Of a DNA stretch of 64,000 bases, positions 14,040 through 32,965 are shown in pieces. The notes under the pieces are model-generated. The model was not told where the DNA came from and searched no databases. It saw only the letters and a list, made by a program, of their open reading frames with translations. The DNA comes from the human T2T-CHM13v2.0 reference genome, Homo sapiens: assembly GCF_009914755.1 (NCBI RefSeq), contig NC_060925.1; one strand, given 5' to 3'. How positions within the stretch are numbered: position 1 is the first letter of the stretch; every line of letters begins with the position of its first letter. A program made the position numbers and the translations under genes.

Positions 14040-14350
14040 CAGTGCTTTGCAAACTTTAATGTGCCTACAAACGACACAGGGATCTCATTTAAATGCTAAG
14101 TTTGATTCTGAGATATGGCCTGAGATTCTTTGTTTTTAACAGGGTCCAAGTGATGCCATTTGCTACTGGTCTGGGGTCCGCCTTTTTATTCAGATGAGGT
14201 CTCACTATGTTGCTCAAGCTGGAGTGCAGTATCTACTCACAGGTGCAATCATAACACACTGCAGCCTCAAACTCCTGGCCTAAAGCAATCCTCTAGTCTC
14301 AGCCTCCCAAGTAGCTGAGCTGCTCTCAGCCTTGGGGTCCACATTTTAAG
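14040..14350. mobile_element. MER5A-type element interrupted by a FAM monomer
   Basis: cagtgctttgcaaactttaatgtgc... resumes as ggtccacattttaag after the insert. Confidence 0.7.
14187..14331 (-). mobile_element. FAM (fossil Alu monomer, 7SL-derived)
   Basis: Contains the FAM-specific segment (gcagtatctactcacaggtgcaatcata, approximating gcagtggctattcacaggcgcgatcata). Diverged TSD tggggtccgcctttt / tggggtccacatttt. Confidence 0.8.
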
Positions 14351-14361
14351 CGTCAGGTTTC

Positions 14362-14548
14362 AAGTGGCCTTCAAACTTGGCTGCATCTTAACAGCACTCA
14401 GAAAGCTTTTAAAAACTGTAGCATCTGGACATCAGCCTTTACCCAGTGACCAATTAAACCAGCACCTGTGGGGATAAGACCCAGGAATCGGTATTTTTTA
14501 AAACTCCTTATGTGGTTCTAATATGTGGCCAAAGTTGAGAACTACTAC
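14362..14548. mobile_element. MER5B-type hAT MITE
   Basis: tcaaacttggctgcat...gaccaattaaaccag...ggtattttttaaaactcc...ttgagaactact. Confidence 0.7.
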
Positions 14549-14836
14549 AATCGACTAAGAACACGTGTAAAAGTTCAAGTGACTAGTGAAGAAAATTCAC
14601 ATTGATAAGCACCCACTATACTTCAAGCACTCAATTAGTCATTCTATTAATACATAGATGAATTTCTTCAGTAGTAACTGATGTAACAAAAATAATAAAA
14701 CCTGACTCTTTTATACCTTCTTATAATTTTATAAGAAATTCTTATTCACCTGTTTTCATTTAATTCTCCTAATTCATGGAGGTAGGAGCTAATGGTTGAT
14801 TTTATAGATGATTTTACACATAGATTTTGTAGGTCA

Positions 14837-15541
<705 letters not shown>

Positions 15542-18039
15542 TCAATGATGATGCTGGGCACATTGCAAAGCCTGAAGAGGCTACAGTCACTCTCCGCTAA
15601 AGTTTACTTTTTATTGATATACAGATAGTTTAGGAGACCGAGGCCCGAAGGAAGAAGGAAGCTCATTCTGTTAGGGGCTCTGGCAGACTGAAAGCAGAAG
15701 CATCAAGAGATCCACTAAACAGCTGCAAAACTCAGAGGCCTACATTACCCAGGATTATGATTCTTGATCCTGTCATAGATGATGAAACCAGCATCCCTCT
15801 CCGCTACAGGGCTTAATAGATAATCTGCATGAGTCATCCTCTAAATATTATTGGAAAGTAACCTATGTTTCAGCACAGGAAAATTGGTTTGCATTTTTAG
15901 GTAGTGGTCCTGCCATTTAATACCGAAGAAAGCTTACGAGAGATCCCCTGGACAGGCACTGTGTGGATGGTAGCAGAGCATCCCAACAGCCTCTATTGGT
16001 GAGCTAAAATGAGACCTTCTTAAGCAGGAAAAGCAGAAGAACTACACCAAGTGTACACCGGGCAGCAGCCTTAGACTTTGAACTCTAGTTGCAGCCTGTT
16101 GAAAAACTACAGGACTGGCAGGTAGACCTGGTTCAACTTCCAAGAAGATATGGCCATTTTTGTGCCAAGACTCCAGATACCCTGCCTGAGCAAGGGACCT
16201 ATTTCACCCTAAATGAATGAACCAAGCTTTACTGTTCAGAATCTGGAAAGTATTGCTTGTTCCTTATCCATACATTCAATGATACATTCATTTACTCATG
16301 CAAAGATTATTGAGTGTCTGTTAATAGCAATGAAAATTTAATAAATGAATGAATATTTCTATTCAGGGATTTACAATACTTGTTTTCATGTTCTGAAACA
16401 CTCTCTAGCTGCCTGAAAAAATCCCCCATAGCTTTCCTTAATCCAATAAATGCATGTTGGTTACAGGTTAGTCTATTTAGTTGCTATTCCCCACTCTCCA
16501 CCCTGCCACCCAAAACACATATACATGGCTAACAGCATCAATTTTAACTACAAAACATGTGAATATAAAATGAAAAGTGCCCAGAGGTCCTAAAACTGAG
16601 CTCTGAGGTCCTTGCATGTCTCCTTCCTCTTTTCCTTCTATAGACGATTTAAGTGGCCATAAAATTGTTTCTATGTAAGTGTGAAGCTCACCCGGAAAAA
16701 GCTTTTGTCCTTTTCTTGCCTTCTTTTTCAGGCTGGAATGCTGGACTCCTAGCAGTGAAGTGGTGTAGAGGAAAAGATAAAGGTCTTGGAGTTAGGGACA
16801 GGATCTGTGTCAAGGTAGAAGGGGAAGAGGAAGGAGTCGATGATTCCTCATCCCAGGCTGGGTGCTAGGCAGAAAGGTAATGCCATGTATAGAGGGCTCA
16901 GGAACTCACAATGTGGAGGCCATGTTGCTCATGCCTGGCCAGCTGGGGCTCCACCTGTCATGTTGTCATGTGACCAGTGCATTTATTTAGTTGTGTTTTT
17001 GAGTCGCAAGCAGTTTCTTGATCCTTGCCCAATGTGAACTTGGCTCAGTTTGCTTTTGTTTTGTTTTGCTTTGCTTTTTGCTTCCCCTATTACGAAGTTT
17101 GATTTTAATTCAGGTTGTTTTCATGAGGCTTCTAATCTAGAGGGAAAAATCCAACCCATGTCTCCATGGGGGGAAAGAGTAAGGTAGAAAGGATTAGAAG
17201 GAAACTGGAAGCACCTCTCAAAGTAGGTGAGACTGAACCATGACTGAAAATGGGGCAAGGCCTAATTTAATAAATGGCATGGATGAGGTGATTGGACATA
17301 GCCGACACAGGCTCAGCAAAGCCTTGAGAGCAGAGGGAATGCCAAACAGGAGTACATCGAGAGCGACCTGTGACCGCTGGCAACTCACTCCTCCTCTCTA
17401 GCCCCAGAGAGGAGGAGTGAATAAGCAATAAGAGGAGGAGCAAATCAAACTGGCTGTGAATAAGCAAGATGGCTGCATTTCCAGTACCCAGCTCCCAAGG
17501 CCTGATTTCCTCAGTTTATCAACTGATGGGGTTAGCTGTATTGTGTTTAGAATCCTGATGAAATAGTGAGTGTGGGCTAAAAGAAGCTAGCATTTGTTAA
17601 GTATCTTCTGTGTGCCAGAGCTATGCTCTTGCTGGGCAGCCTCATTCAATCCTCACAACAGCACTGTCATCTCCATCTTGCAAACAAGGAAGCCAGGTCT
17701 ATCTGATCTGGAAGCCCGTGTTAGAGCATGCCATCTCTCAAGCACTTCAACCTGAGGGAAATGGTGACATTTCTCAACTCAGGTTGAGAAATGAAGGACT
17801 TTCTCTGGCAATATTTATAGGACATGATAGGAGCAGTGGCTTGCACAGCAGTTTCAAGGAAAAAGAGGAAGCAGGAAACAAAGCAGCAAGGAGAAACTGA
17901 ATTACCTGCCCATGTCCTCTGTCTCTGAGTCCTGTAATGCTAATGGAAGTTGGCCACTGTGGTGTGACTAAATTTACTATCTTGGTGGAAGCTGTAAGAG
18001 ACAGCATGCAAAATTGCAACTCCCTTTATAATTTGTGTT

Positions 18040-18500
18040 GACACCCCAATAGAAAAATGAGAAAAGGCATAGAAAAATAATTTATGAAAGAAAAAATACA
18101 TAAATGGCAAAAGAATTTTATAGAAAACTTTAGCCAGAAATCAAAGAAATGTTCATTAAAACAACAATGAAAAGCGAAGATTTTTAAAACTCTAAAAATT
18201 GTGTCAAGATCCAAATATAGGGTAATTATTTTAAAAATATGTATGATGATACAGTGGAATACTATGCTGGTATTAACATTACTGTTTAATAATATAGAAA
18301 TACAATATATGGATGTGAAAAAAAGCTGGAAACAAAACTGTATAAATGGTATAATTCCCAATTGAAAAATGTATATTTATGTATAGAAAAAAATACTGGA
18401 AAGAAATCTACCAGAACATTATCCATGTTTATTTTGGTGTGATTACTTTTATTGCCTTTTAGTTCTTTTCCACATACTCTGAAATTTCTAAATCATATAT
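18040..18500 (+). mobile_element. Old L1ME-type 3' fragment
   Basis: A-rich, with atacagtggaatactatgc and ggaaagaaatctaccagaac motifs. Confidence 0.55.
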
Positions 18501-20279
18501 GCTGCTTTGTTGATGAAGAATACCCAAGGAATCAGAACTGCCAGCTGTTTAAGTCAGGGTTACAGCTATGAAATGAGGGGTTCAGAGCAACCTAGATGAC
18601 TCCCACAGTTCTTTTGAGCTCTAACATTTCATTCATTCATTCAACAATCATGTGTAGAACATCTGCATAGAACTATGGATTATACAATGACCCTTGGGCC
18701 CTCCAGAGCTGGACTCTGGCCAGATTGGAAAGCAAAGTTTGAGTTTGCTGCCTCCTGGTGTCATATTACTTGCCTTTTTCTTGCTAAGCTGTATAGACCT
18801 TATCTTCTCCACCTTCTCCTCTTCCCCTTGTCAAGCCCTGTTCTCACGACAGAATTCAGACTCAGGGGATGTAAGTAATTGGCAACATCTCAAAGATCTA
18901 CCTCTCCCAGAGGACCTTGACTAAGTAGGGACAAAAATCTTACCCTAAAGAAATGAGGCCCTCTTGGCCAAATTTTAGGAAAAAGCTAGCAGGTGGAAAA
19001 ATACTTGAGAGCCATCAGAATATTTGCTGTTTTGCCAGTAAATTCCTACTCATTTCACAAACCAACTCTGGCCCTTCCTCTTTCCTCTACTCTCCCTGAT
19101 AAACTTCTAAGTTGCTGTGTTGTTACAGCAACCTCCCTGCACTGTAGCTCTTAGTTTGCATGTTTTCTTCCATGTTCAGCTGTGAGCCACTTGAGGGTCT
19201 CATTTTCCCCGTATCCACAGCATCTATCCCAGGGCCCCAACAAAAATTAGGTGGCAGATGCATGACTAATTGAATGGTATTTCAAGTGCCCCTCATCAGG
19301 CAGTGACCTCCTCACTCTGTGGATGGAGCTGTTTCTGGCTTTTTTCATTGACATCCCTTAGAGATGCAGACAAAATATACATGACTGGCCACAGTGCCCT
19401 TGGAGTTTCTTAGAATGAATGGGGTGGCCCTAGTGTGAGGAGCTATGAGTTTCTAATTCCTAGAAATTCCTCAGGTGTTTCAGCCTGGGGATGGCAACTC
19501 CTCACTGGAGAGCGAAATCAACTTAATAGGTTGAGATCAATTTTTAAAATGAAATAGAAGAGAACAGGATAAAAATAGAAAAAAAAATTTAATTCCCCAA
19601 GTAATAATAATAAGTATAGTTTATATGAAATTTTTGTTTCTGGTGTGTGTGTGTGTCTGTGTGTGTCTGTATATACTGGGTCATAGTCGGTTATGATAAA
19701 AAGTGTCAGAAGCCGCCTTAAGCTGCGAGGGGGAAGGGAGCTGCCTCCCCTCCAGCTATTTGTCCGTGGCTGAGACCACACTGCCTGTTGGATGGACACT
19801 GGGAACTGCCTCCTCTTTTCCCCCTACCCCCTAACAGCCACAGCCCTGGAAGCTGACAGACTATTTTTCTTAGTGTAAGTGTGGGGTCTAGAGGATTAAG
19901 AGGACAAAATAGATGTTTTGACCATGAAGAAAGTTTAAAGGCATGTTCGCTCTTTCCACTCATGGACTTCCCGGAGCCATTTTTTCCCTTGATGCTGCGC
20001 CTGACAAGTATCTCAACAAAGGCCCGCCCCTTCCTCAACCTTCACTAATGGAGCCCAGGCCTCCTCCTCAGTTTGCACTTTTGCATGAGCAGCGCCTCCA
20101 GGCCATGTACTTCTCGGCCATGCTGGTGTACAGCTGGCATCATCAGACCCGGGTCCAGAGGCTGAGCAACTCTGTTTAAGGAAGACTCTTGAAACCATCT
20201 TAAACAGGCTACCCAGAAGCCCCTTGGGCGTTTTCGCACTGATTTCAGGAGTAGTACCGTGTAGGTGTTACGTACAACT

Positions 20280-20630
20280 GCCTTCATCTGTAGTAGCTGT
20301 GTGACCTTGGACAACTTAGCCTCTCTGCTTCAGTTTCCCCATCTATAAAATGGAATTGGTAACTGTACCTACTTAATAGAATTATTGTAAGGATTAAACA
20401 AGCTAACACATACCAAGTGCTTAGAACAGTCCCTGCACTTAGTAAGCATTTAATCAACATTATTATTATTTAATCATTTCTTAAGCTGCATGATAGTTAC
20501 TATTTTTCCATATTTATAGATAAGAAAATGAAGCTCTGAGAAATTACATAATTTGCCCTGTGTCCTGTGCCTAGTAGAGACAAAGCCAGAACTTAAATCC
20601 AGATATCCTGACTTCAAGGTCTGTGTTCTT
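20280..20630. mobile_element. Two MIRs (plus ~20280-20470, minus ~20500-20630)
   Basis: agctgtgtgaccttggacaac...cagtttccccatctataaaatgg, and tatagataagaaaatgaagctctgaga. Confidence 0.75.
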
Positions 20631-20851
20631 TTTCTCCTAATGATGCCTCACTCCAGCTTTAGCAGCCTGAGGGGCATCAAATTAACTCCTGTGGTGAACT
20701 TTTCCTTATCGGTCTCTGCTGGGCCGGCACCCACTGTGAAAAGGGCACTCTTGGATCAAAGGTGTCTGGAGGGATGGTAAGCCCAGGGGAAGTTTCTGTT
20801 CAGGATTTTGCATAGTCTTTGGGGACAGATATACTTGGGGGAGCTAGAGAT

Positions 20852-20903
<52 letters not shown>
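20852..20903. repeat. (GATA)13 tetranucleotide microsatellite
   Basis: Read directly from the sequence. Confidence 0.97.
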
Positions 20904-20905
<2 letters not shown>

Positions 20906-22125
20906 AGGATGATAGAAAGATATTTCTTTTTTAAAAAAAATTAGAATCAGAAATGAATGTCCTTGCCTGTACTGGCCACCCAAAGGCATTCTTTTGGAGT
21001 TCTAGGCTAACTGGACAGCGATGAGCATATAGGGGAGAATCCTTATGCCTTCAATTAAGTTTTCATAACAATGTCTCTTGATAACTGAGTATGGCAGTTT
21101 GAGATGGAGATATAATGTAAGTGTTGGTTTCATGTGCTAAGCAGCAGCTAAGTTCTATGTCTCATTCTTTTCCAGCCTGTGATTTGCTCATTTCTATAAA
21201 ATAAAGTCTTAATAACTATCCCTGCTTTCCCTTTTCTTGCAACCCACAGAGAGAACTGAAATTCCACATTCAGCACCCAAGGTTGGAGATATACTTTTGA
21301 TGTATTTGGGATAGTTTTGCTGGATTTTATTACAGTCAATTTTTCAATTTGAAAAAATTCAAATCCACATGGGTTTTATATGATAATCCTATTAAACTAT
21401 TTCATCAACCTGAGTTCTCTGATTGTGCTGGTTAATAAACTGTAATTCTCAAATATCCCTTTCACAGGTTTGCGCCTGGGCTAGGCGTGGAGACTGATGA
21501 GGCATCTTGGTGCCCACTAGCATTCTTGGCACCCTCAGGCCCTCTTAAAGTGTCAGCCATCTTAAGCTGTCCAGGAGGAGCTGCAGGAATAGTTTCTGGG
21601 GCACTCGCAAAGGATTAGAAAATGGGCCCCAGTGCCAGGTTACAAACAGGCAGGCCATGTAATGCGGATAAAATAAGAACTGACTTCAGCTCTGCCCTAA
21701 AGTCACACCAAGAACTTTCTGAGAAAAAAAATCACATAAATGAATATGCCGCTCAGAAGATCTGCACACAACTACATTCTGTAATGCTGACTGATGCAAA
21801 ACAAGAGAGAGGAAAGTCATTTAGTGATATTCTCCGTCTGACCCCCAGAGAGACGCAAGGTCAAGTAACTCTGGTCTCTCCAGGATCATGGGGAGATTTG
21901 AGGGAGCAAAGTGGGCACACTGAATGAAATCCACAAGTAGTCCCTGGATTTCATTTCAGCCAACAGTTTTAACAATAGTTTCTACATTCTATCTGGGAAA
22001 CAATGGCTGGGACAAGGGCCCTTGAAAAGTCAAGGGGGCCATAAAGACTTTACATCAGACCCATCGTAGTGTAGCACGTTTGGTCCTCTTCATTTGAAGA
22101 GTTAGGACCCACCCCTCATTGTTCA

Positions 22126-22800
<675 letters not shown>

Positions 22801-22828
22801 GGGAGGCTGGGAGGCCAAGCCCCAGATA

Positions 22829-23128
22829 CCTTACATAGCTCTGCTCAGCCTCTGTCTCATTAGGAACTCCATTTTTAGGATGCAGTTGTTTCAGGCTAAA
22901 AATAAATCATGCAATGAATAAAAAAGTTAGATACGACACTGTAGAGGGATTCGCTGATACAGTCTGTCCGACTGGTGAAGAGGGAAGAGGCAGAAGGAAA
23001 AAGACAAGAATGTACACGCATGAAATAAGGAGGCTAGAAAGGTCAAAGAAGAGAAAGAAACTCGAGAGGGAGAGAGATAAGGGACTATGGTGCCAATAAG
23101 CAAATGGAGAGTTCAAACATACGGAATG
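22829..23128 (-). promoter_or_regulatory. CASQ2 proximal promoter: MEF2 site, E-box, CArG-like boxes, plus NFAT-, GATA- and MCAT-like sites
   Basis: On the + strand: CCTTACATAG (22829-38) and CCATTTTTAG (22869-78) are CArG-like, CAGTTG (22883-88) is an E-box, CTAAAAATAA (22896-905) matches MEF2 YTAWWWWTAR, GGAAAA (22996-23001) is NFAT-like, AGATAA (23075-80) is a GATA site, and GGAATG (23123-28) is an MCAT core. This fits the known MEF2/SRF control of CASQ2. Confidence 0.8.
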
Positions 23129-23399
23129 ACACTCATACATTACTGAATTGTTAAATCACCCCAGGGTGGTAACTCAGCCTGTCCCCTCACGGTGGTTGTT
23201 CATCCTCTGTTCCTCACTGCAACATGGAACAAAATGGAGCCCCGAGGTAGACTTCTTCATGTTCTACTCCTGTCTTTTTCTGCCTTCCCTCCTCTCTTCT
23301 TAAAAATCCTCTGCCAGCCACTGGGCGAGGGGTGCAGGGACACCCTGCTGAACCCAGCTGACACCAGAAGAACCTGTCCTCATTAAACTAAAATGAAAC

Positions 23400-23580
23400 A
23401 AGGTTCACAGTTCAAATCCCTACTCTGCCTTTTAACAGCTAATGAACTTTGGAGGGTCACTTGCCCTCTCTGATTCTCAGTTCCCCTCTATGTAAAGTGG
23501 GGCTGATAATAACCATAAAGTTTCAAACACATAGATGAAAAAGCATGGCACAAAATAGGTGCTCAAAAATAGTAGCTATT
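23400..23580 (+). mobile_element. MIR
   Basis: gttcaaatccctactctgcc...ctcagttcccctctatgtaaagtgggg...taggtgctcaa. Confidence 0.7.
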
Positions 23581-24894
23581 ATACTTACTTCTCATTGGAG
23601 CTGGTGGAACATTGGTTATATAATGGATATTTGTCTGTTTCTAATATGAATGGTTTGTGAACCCTTTCTTGTCCATTTTCTCCTTGAATCCAGTAGGCAA
23701 TTGGGGCAAAAGGGATCAGGGCTCATCCTACCGCTGAGCTAACAGCAACTTGTCTGAGTTTGCAGCATTTCTAACTGCCGGAGCAAGAATCCAACCCTGC
23801 CTCAAAGCTGCTGCTCCTGGCTGTTTTGCCTCTGACTCTGGGTGATTCCCTTGCAGACACCCCTTTTCTTAAGTACCTTCTTGACCATCTCTTCCAGTCC
23901 AACCCTAGTCCAGTCATGTCTCTCCACTCTTCAAAGGCATCTAGGGCATTCATGATTCTGACCAAGTTTTTGTTCTCCTTCAGTTATAAATCAGCTTTGG
24001 AAAGACAGAGTACTCTGTCATGCACAGCTTCTGCAGGGGCTAGAAGGCAAAGAGAAGATCCGTGGCCTCTCTGAGTAAAGCAAGGCTCCCCTGCAGTCAG
24101 ACGGCCTTACACTGAGAGTCAGGCTGATAAGGGGTTGTCTTGATGCTACACTCTCATGTGCAGAAAGTTGGGGCCTTGAAGAACCCATCACTAAAACCCT
24201 TGACGGTATTCCGTTCTTTCTAATGGTGTAGTCTCTAAGTTTTCAAAAGATGGAGCCAAGAATATCCATTCTAAGGTGCACTTAGCTTTCCAAGTCAGTG
24301 GCAAGCATGCAAGATCTCTGCTTTCTTTAGGAAATTTAAGGGGAAAAAGATTTCCGAGTGAAACAATGTGTGTCTTGTCTTTTTGAGGTCAGCCTCCCCA
24401 GACTGTTCCCAGTTGTCTCGATCTCACTGGGTTACCTTTATTTAGAATTTGCTCCACTTTTCTTAATATGTAAGTAGTTTTTTTTTAACTGTTACTGAAA
24501 AATTGGAAGCTATTTAAAGTCAGAGTCTTTTAATTTCCTTCTGACTTATAATTGACAAAACTATAAGGGAAAAGAAATAATTTTTTAAAATTTAGTTTAG
24601 CCTTCAACTCTGGTTTACTACAAAAAGCCCGAGCTGTGGAAAGTTCCTGCCCCTAGATCATGGACTCGATTTGGGCCAGGCAGCCCAGCCCTGAGGACAT
24701 GCAGCCACTGACATATGCTGTGGTGATCAGGTTTCCCCCAAGCATCCATGGTAGATATGAGGTCTACATTCATGCCCCACTCTCAGCAAAAGGTAGGTTT
24801 TCATAGTTTACATTTAACGTACCAGGCTTATTTTCTGTCTGCCTTTCATTTTCCTATTTTTGTTTTTCCTCTGTCTTATTGCTCACCAACTTTA

Positions 24895-25201
<307 letters not shown>

Positions 25202-26588
25202 AATTCATTTATTTTTTAAACAAAGAATGCTTCACACATTTCTGAGTCAACCTTACATCCTGCAAATCAGCTGTTTTGTTCCAGCTTTAGCTGCGCCCCA
25301 AGCCAATGTGTCATGTACTTCTAGTTTATGTGGTTGTGCTGAAATGTGTGCATTTTTATGTGCCATTAGTAGGTACTTTTTGTTTTGTTTTTAAACAAGA
25401 AGGGGTAGAACAAAACACACAAATCAATACAAATAAATGTTTATTGTTGTCACAATATATGCCGTAGGCCCCTTGTTTTGCTAACCATTTCCAGTCCTTC
25501 ACTGTGAGTGGCCGCCAACTACAGTCCCTTAATCTAACCTAGCTCATTTACTTTGTTTATTCTTGACAGGTGGCAGAATGATTTTTCTCTCAGACCATTT
25601 TATCTACAAAGAGAAACGTATGTGCTCACGCCTCCCTTCGAAGGTCTGCAGGTCTCCATTTGGGCGCCTCTGAGGTGCCTCAGAGAAAGAACCGCCCCCA
25701 GAAAGGCAGGAGACCTGCGTTCCGCCTGCCTGTGTGATTAGGTCAGGAGCCCTGAGGCTCGGGCCCTAGCACTTCCAATTTGTGAAAGAGGGTTAGAGTC
25801 ACCAAGCTCCTAAGGCCCCCTTTCTGGCTCTAAGATGTTAAAATCTGTTATAAGATTTTCTTTTACCAGGATAGGCCTCAGCCCAACACACAGTGTGATG
25901 AAGTCTGATGAGTGTTAGCTGCGGAGGAGGGTTTTGATGGGCGTGACTCCGGACGAGTCCAAGCTTGCCTCTTCTCCAAGGCAAAGATCGCCTACAATGT
26001 CACTGCTGCCAAAGGACCCTTCTTTGGCTAAAATACTCCACCCAGTGGACAAAACAGAAAATGGCCTATTTCTTTGCTCCCGTTCCTGGAGGGAAGCACA
26101 GCCTATTGGCCTGGTAGAAAGAGTGCAGAAATGCTCGGGTCTAGAGCCCTGTGCTCCATGAGCCTCCAGCATCCTCTGGCCAGATCTAAACAAGCCTGTT
26201 AGCAACCCCAAGGCCCTCCTTTTCTCTCAACTTTAACAGGTGGTCCCTGGAGCCTTCCTGCCTCCTCTGCACCAGGAAACTCCTCAACAGAAACGAGCAG
26301 AAAGAGATCAATGCTATCCTGAAAAAGAGCCCCAAAGCTCCACCGATATGATTCCAGGTTTTGACAAATGTCACCTACTCAAGGAGGCCCTCAGTGTAGA
26401 CCAGGAGCGGACACTCACTCCCCTTACACACTATACTTCTCCTTGGAAACACTCCTCTCACGGGAGATCCTTCTCCCTCTCCCCGCTGAACCTCATTGCT
26501 TCAGGGGCAGCATCTGTTCACAGCATCCTCATAGCAAGTAGTAATTCTCATTAAATGCTTATTAAATAAATCTGTAGCATTACTTTGT

Positions 26589-26895
<307 letters not shown>

Positions 26896-27141
26896 TTAAC
26901 AGCAGCAACAAGAGAAGGAGAGAGAGAGAGAGAGAAGGAAGGAAGGAAGGACAGGGGAAGGAAGGAAGGAAAGAAGGAAGGAAAAATTTAATTCAGTAGA
27001 CAAGAACAGATAAATGGAAAGCTTAGGGCTACTTTGTCCTGGAACTAGGGGGGAAATACAGGGTTCTCAGGGGTAGCAGTAAAAGAACAGAAAAAAAAAA
27101 CCCTAATATGGAGGTCATATCAAAGGGTCCAAATGGAGGGT

Positions 27142-27208
27142 ATGGTAGGCGGAATAGTGCCTCCCCATTCCCCCACCCCCCATCAGGATGTCCAGTATAA
27201 TCCTCAGA

Positions 27209-27263
<55 letters not shown>

Positions 27264-27625
27264 GTCTAATATGACCAAGGAGTCTTTGCAGATGTGATTA
27301 AATTACGGATCTTGAGATGGAGAGATTAGCCTGGATTATCCTGGTGGATGCTTGTGAAACAGAGGCAAGAGGGTCAGAGTGAGAGAAGGAGATGGAGGAT
27401 GGAAGCAGAGGCTGGAATGACACAGGCCAGCAGCCAAAGCATGTAGGCAGCCTCTAAGAGGTAGAAAAGGCCAGGAGAGGATTTTCCCTGAAAGCCTCCA
27501 GGAGGAATGCAGCCCCACAACCCATTTTAGACTTTTAACCTCCATAACTATAAGATAATACATTTGTGTTGTTTTAACCGCTAAGTCTGTGATAATTTGT
27601 TACAGCAGCAATAGGGAACTAATAG
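27142..27625 (+). mobile_element. MLT1C/D-type MaLR LTR containing (TG)25 at 27212-27261
   Basis: ctttgcagatgtgattaa...gatcttgagatgg...cctggattatc...ttgttacagcagcaatagggaactaata. Confidence 0.8.
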
Positions 27626-28244
27626 AGGGTGACAGTGAAAACCGACTCCTAAAGTGACAAAAAGCTGCCTATCCTATAGCCTCAGCTGTTTTATCTGCAA
27701 AGTAACCTGTACCTTCACCTAGCCCCATTGCCTGTACCAAATAGATGAGAAAACAGCTCGGCACAGTTCAGTTGATAGGGTCATTTACATTTATGGTTCC
27801 TTTGATCCTCACTCCATGAGGGAGCTGGGACATATGTCTCTTGAGGCAAGTCACTAACACCTCTGAAGGCCTCTAAAATAATCTAGATCCACATTCTCCT
27901 ACGTTTTTGACCTTTCTTTTTTATGTTAATATACCATCTCTCAATATCTCTCCTTAGGAGTTTTTTTAAAGTTGCCGTTTTTGTGTAATATATTTAAAAA
28001 GAAATGATTTTCAAATATGTCTAGGTTGACATATTATTACAGACTCTTATAAAATTCATTTTAATATCATTCTTAATAATCATTATATACAGAATGAAGA
28101 TAAATTATACTTTGCCAGTTTATAAATGATTCATTGTTTAATTTAATTAAAATAGACAACAGAAAGGTTGATTTGTTAGCAAATGTTTAAATGGCATATT
28201 GGTTTAGGAAACAAATATATATGAGAAATAAAGATTGAAGTTTT

Positions 28245-32010
<3,766 letters not shown>

Positions 32011-32027
32011 TAGAAAATTGAAAATGT

Positions 32028-32397
32028 GTGTCTTAGTCAATTTGGACTGCTATAACAGCATACCATAGACAGGGTGGCTTATAAACAACAGAAATTTATT
32101 TCGTACAGTTCTGGATATTGGGAAGTTCAAGATGAAGCTGCCAGCAGATTTGGTGTCCACTGGAGGGCCTGCTATCTGGTTCATAGACAACTGTCTTCTC
32201 TTTGTGTCCTCATGCAGTGGCAGGGCTGAGGAATCTTACAGGGGTCCCTTTTATAAAGACACTAATCTCATTCATGAGGACTACCTTTCATTACCTAATC
32301 ACCTCTTGAAGGTCCCCCCTCCAAATATCATCACATTGAGGTTTAGGACTTCAACATATCAATGAGGTAGGGGCCATAAAATTTCAGTCCACTTCAT
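32028..32397 (-). mobile_element. MLT1A/MST-type MaLR solo LTR
   Basis: tgtcttagtc...gctataaca...ggtggcttataaacaacagaaatttatt...ccaaatatcatcacattg. Confidence 0.8.
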
Positions 32398-32540
32398 TTA
32401 TCTATGTATTATACAAGTAAAAGTAGACAAAAACTGCTTTCATGAGCGGATGGTGAGTATTCTTGCAGATTACTTATTTCAAGTAGTTTAGTTTGTATAA
32501 AGTTTTGTTTATTTCTAAATAATTAGAAAAGCTAATGATA

Positions 32541-32727
32541 GGCTGGGTGCCATGGCTCATGCCTGTAATCCCAACACTTTGGTAGGCCGAGGTGGGCAGA
32601 TCACCTGAGGTCAGAAGTTCAAGACCAGCCTGGTCAACATGGCAAAACCCCATCTCTACTAAAAAACATTTAAAAAATTAGCCGGGCCTGGTGGTGTGCG
32701 CCTGTAATCCCAGCGAAACGCCATCTC

Positions 32728-32758
<31 letters not shown>

Positions 32759-32788
32759 GAAAAAGAAAAAGAAAAGAAAAGAAAAAAA
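32541..32788 (+). mobile_element. AluS with most of the right arm deleted
   Basis: Left arm and linker are intact. The right arm jumps from cctgtaatcccagc to gaaacgccatctc-polyA. TSD aaaagctaatg(a/g)ta. Confidence 0.9.
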
Positions 32789-32965
32789 GCTAATGGTATA
32801 TCAGTAAGATTATGCTAGAATGCAAGTAACAAAAATCCAATGCAAGCTAGCTCAGCTTGTGTAACTAGAGATGGGGAGGGCTGTAGGGTCAGTGTGATTT
32901 GTCTGCTCAAGAACACCTTCAGATGTTTTCTGTTTTCATCTCTCTGCTCTGCCTTCTCTTGTCTT

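Noticed and set aside
19520-19720. Possible hAT/Charlie-type DNA transposon fragment
   Set aside because: Resemblance only; too degenerate to name or bound without a profile search.
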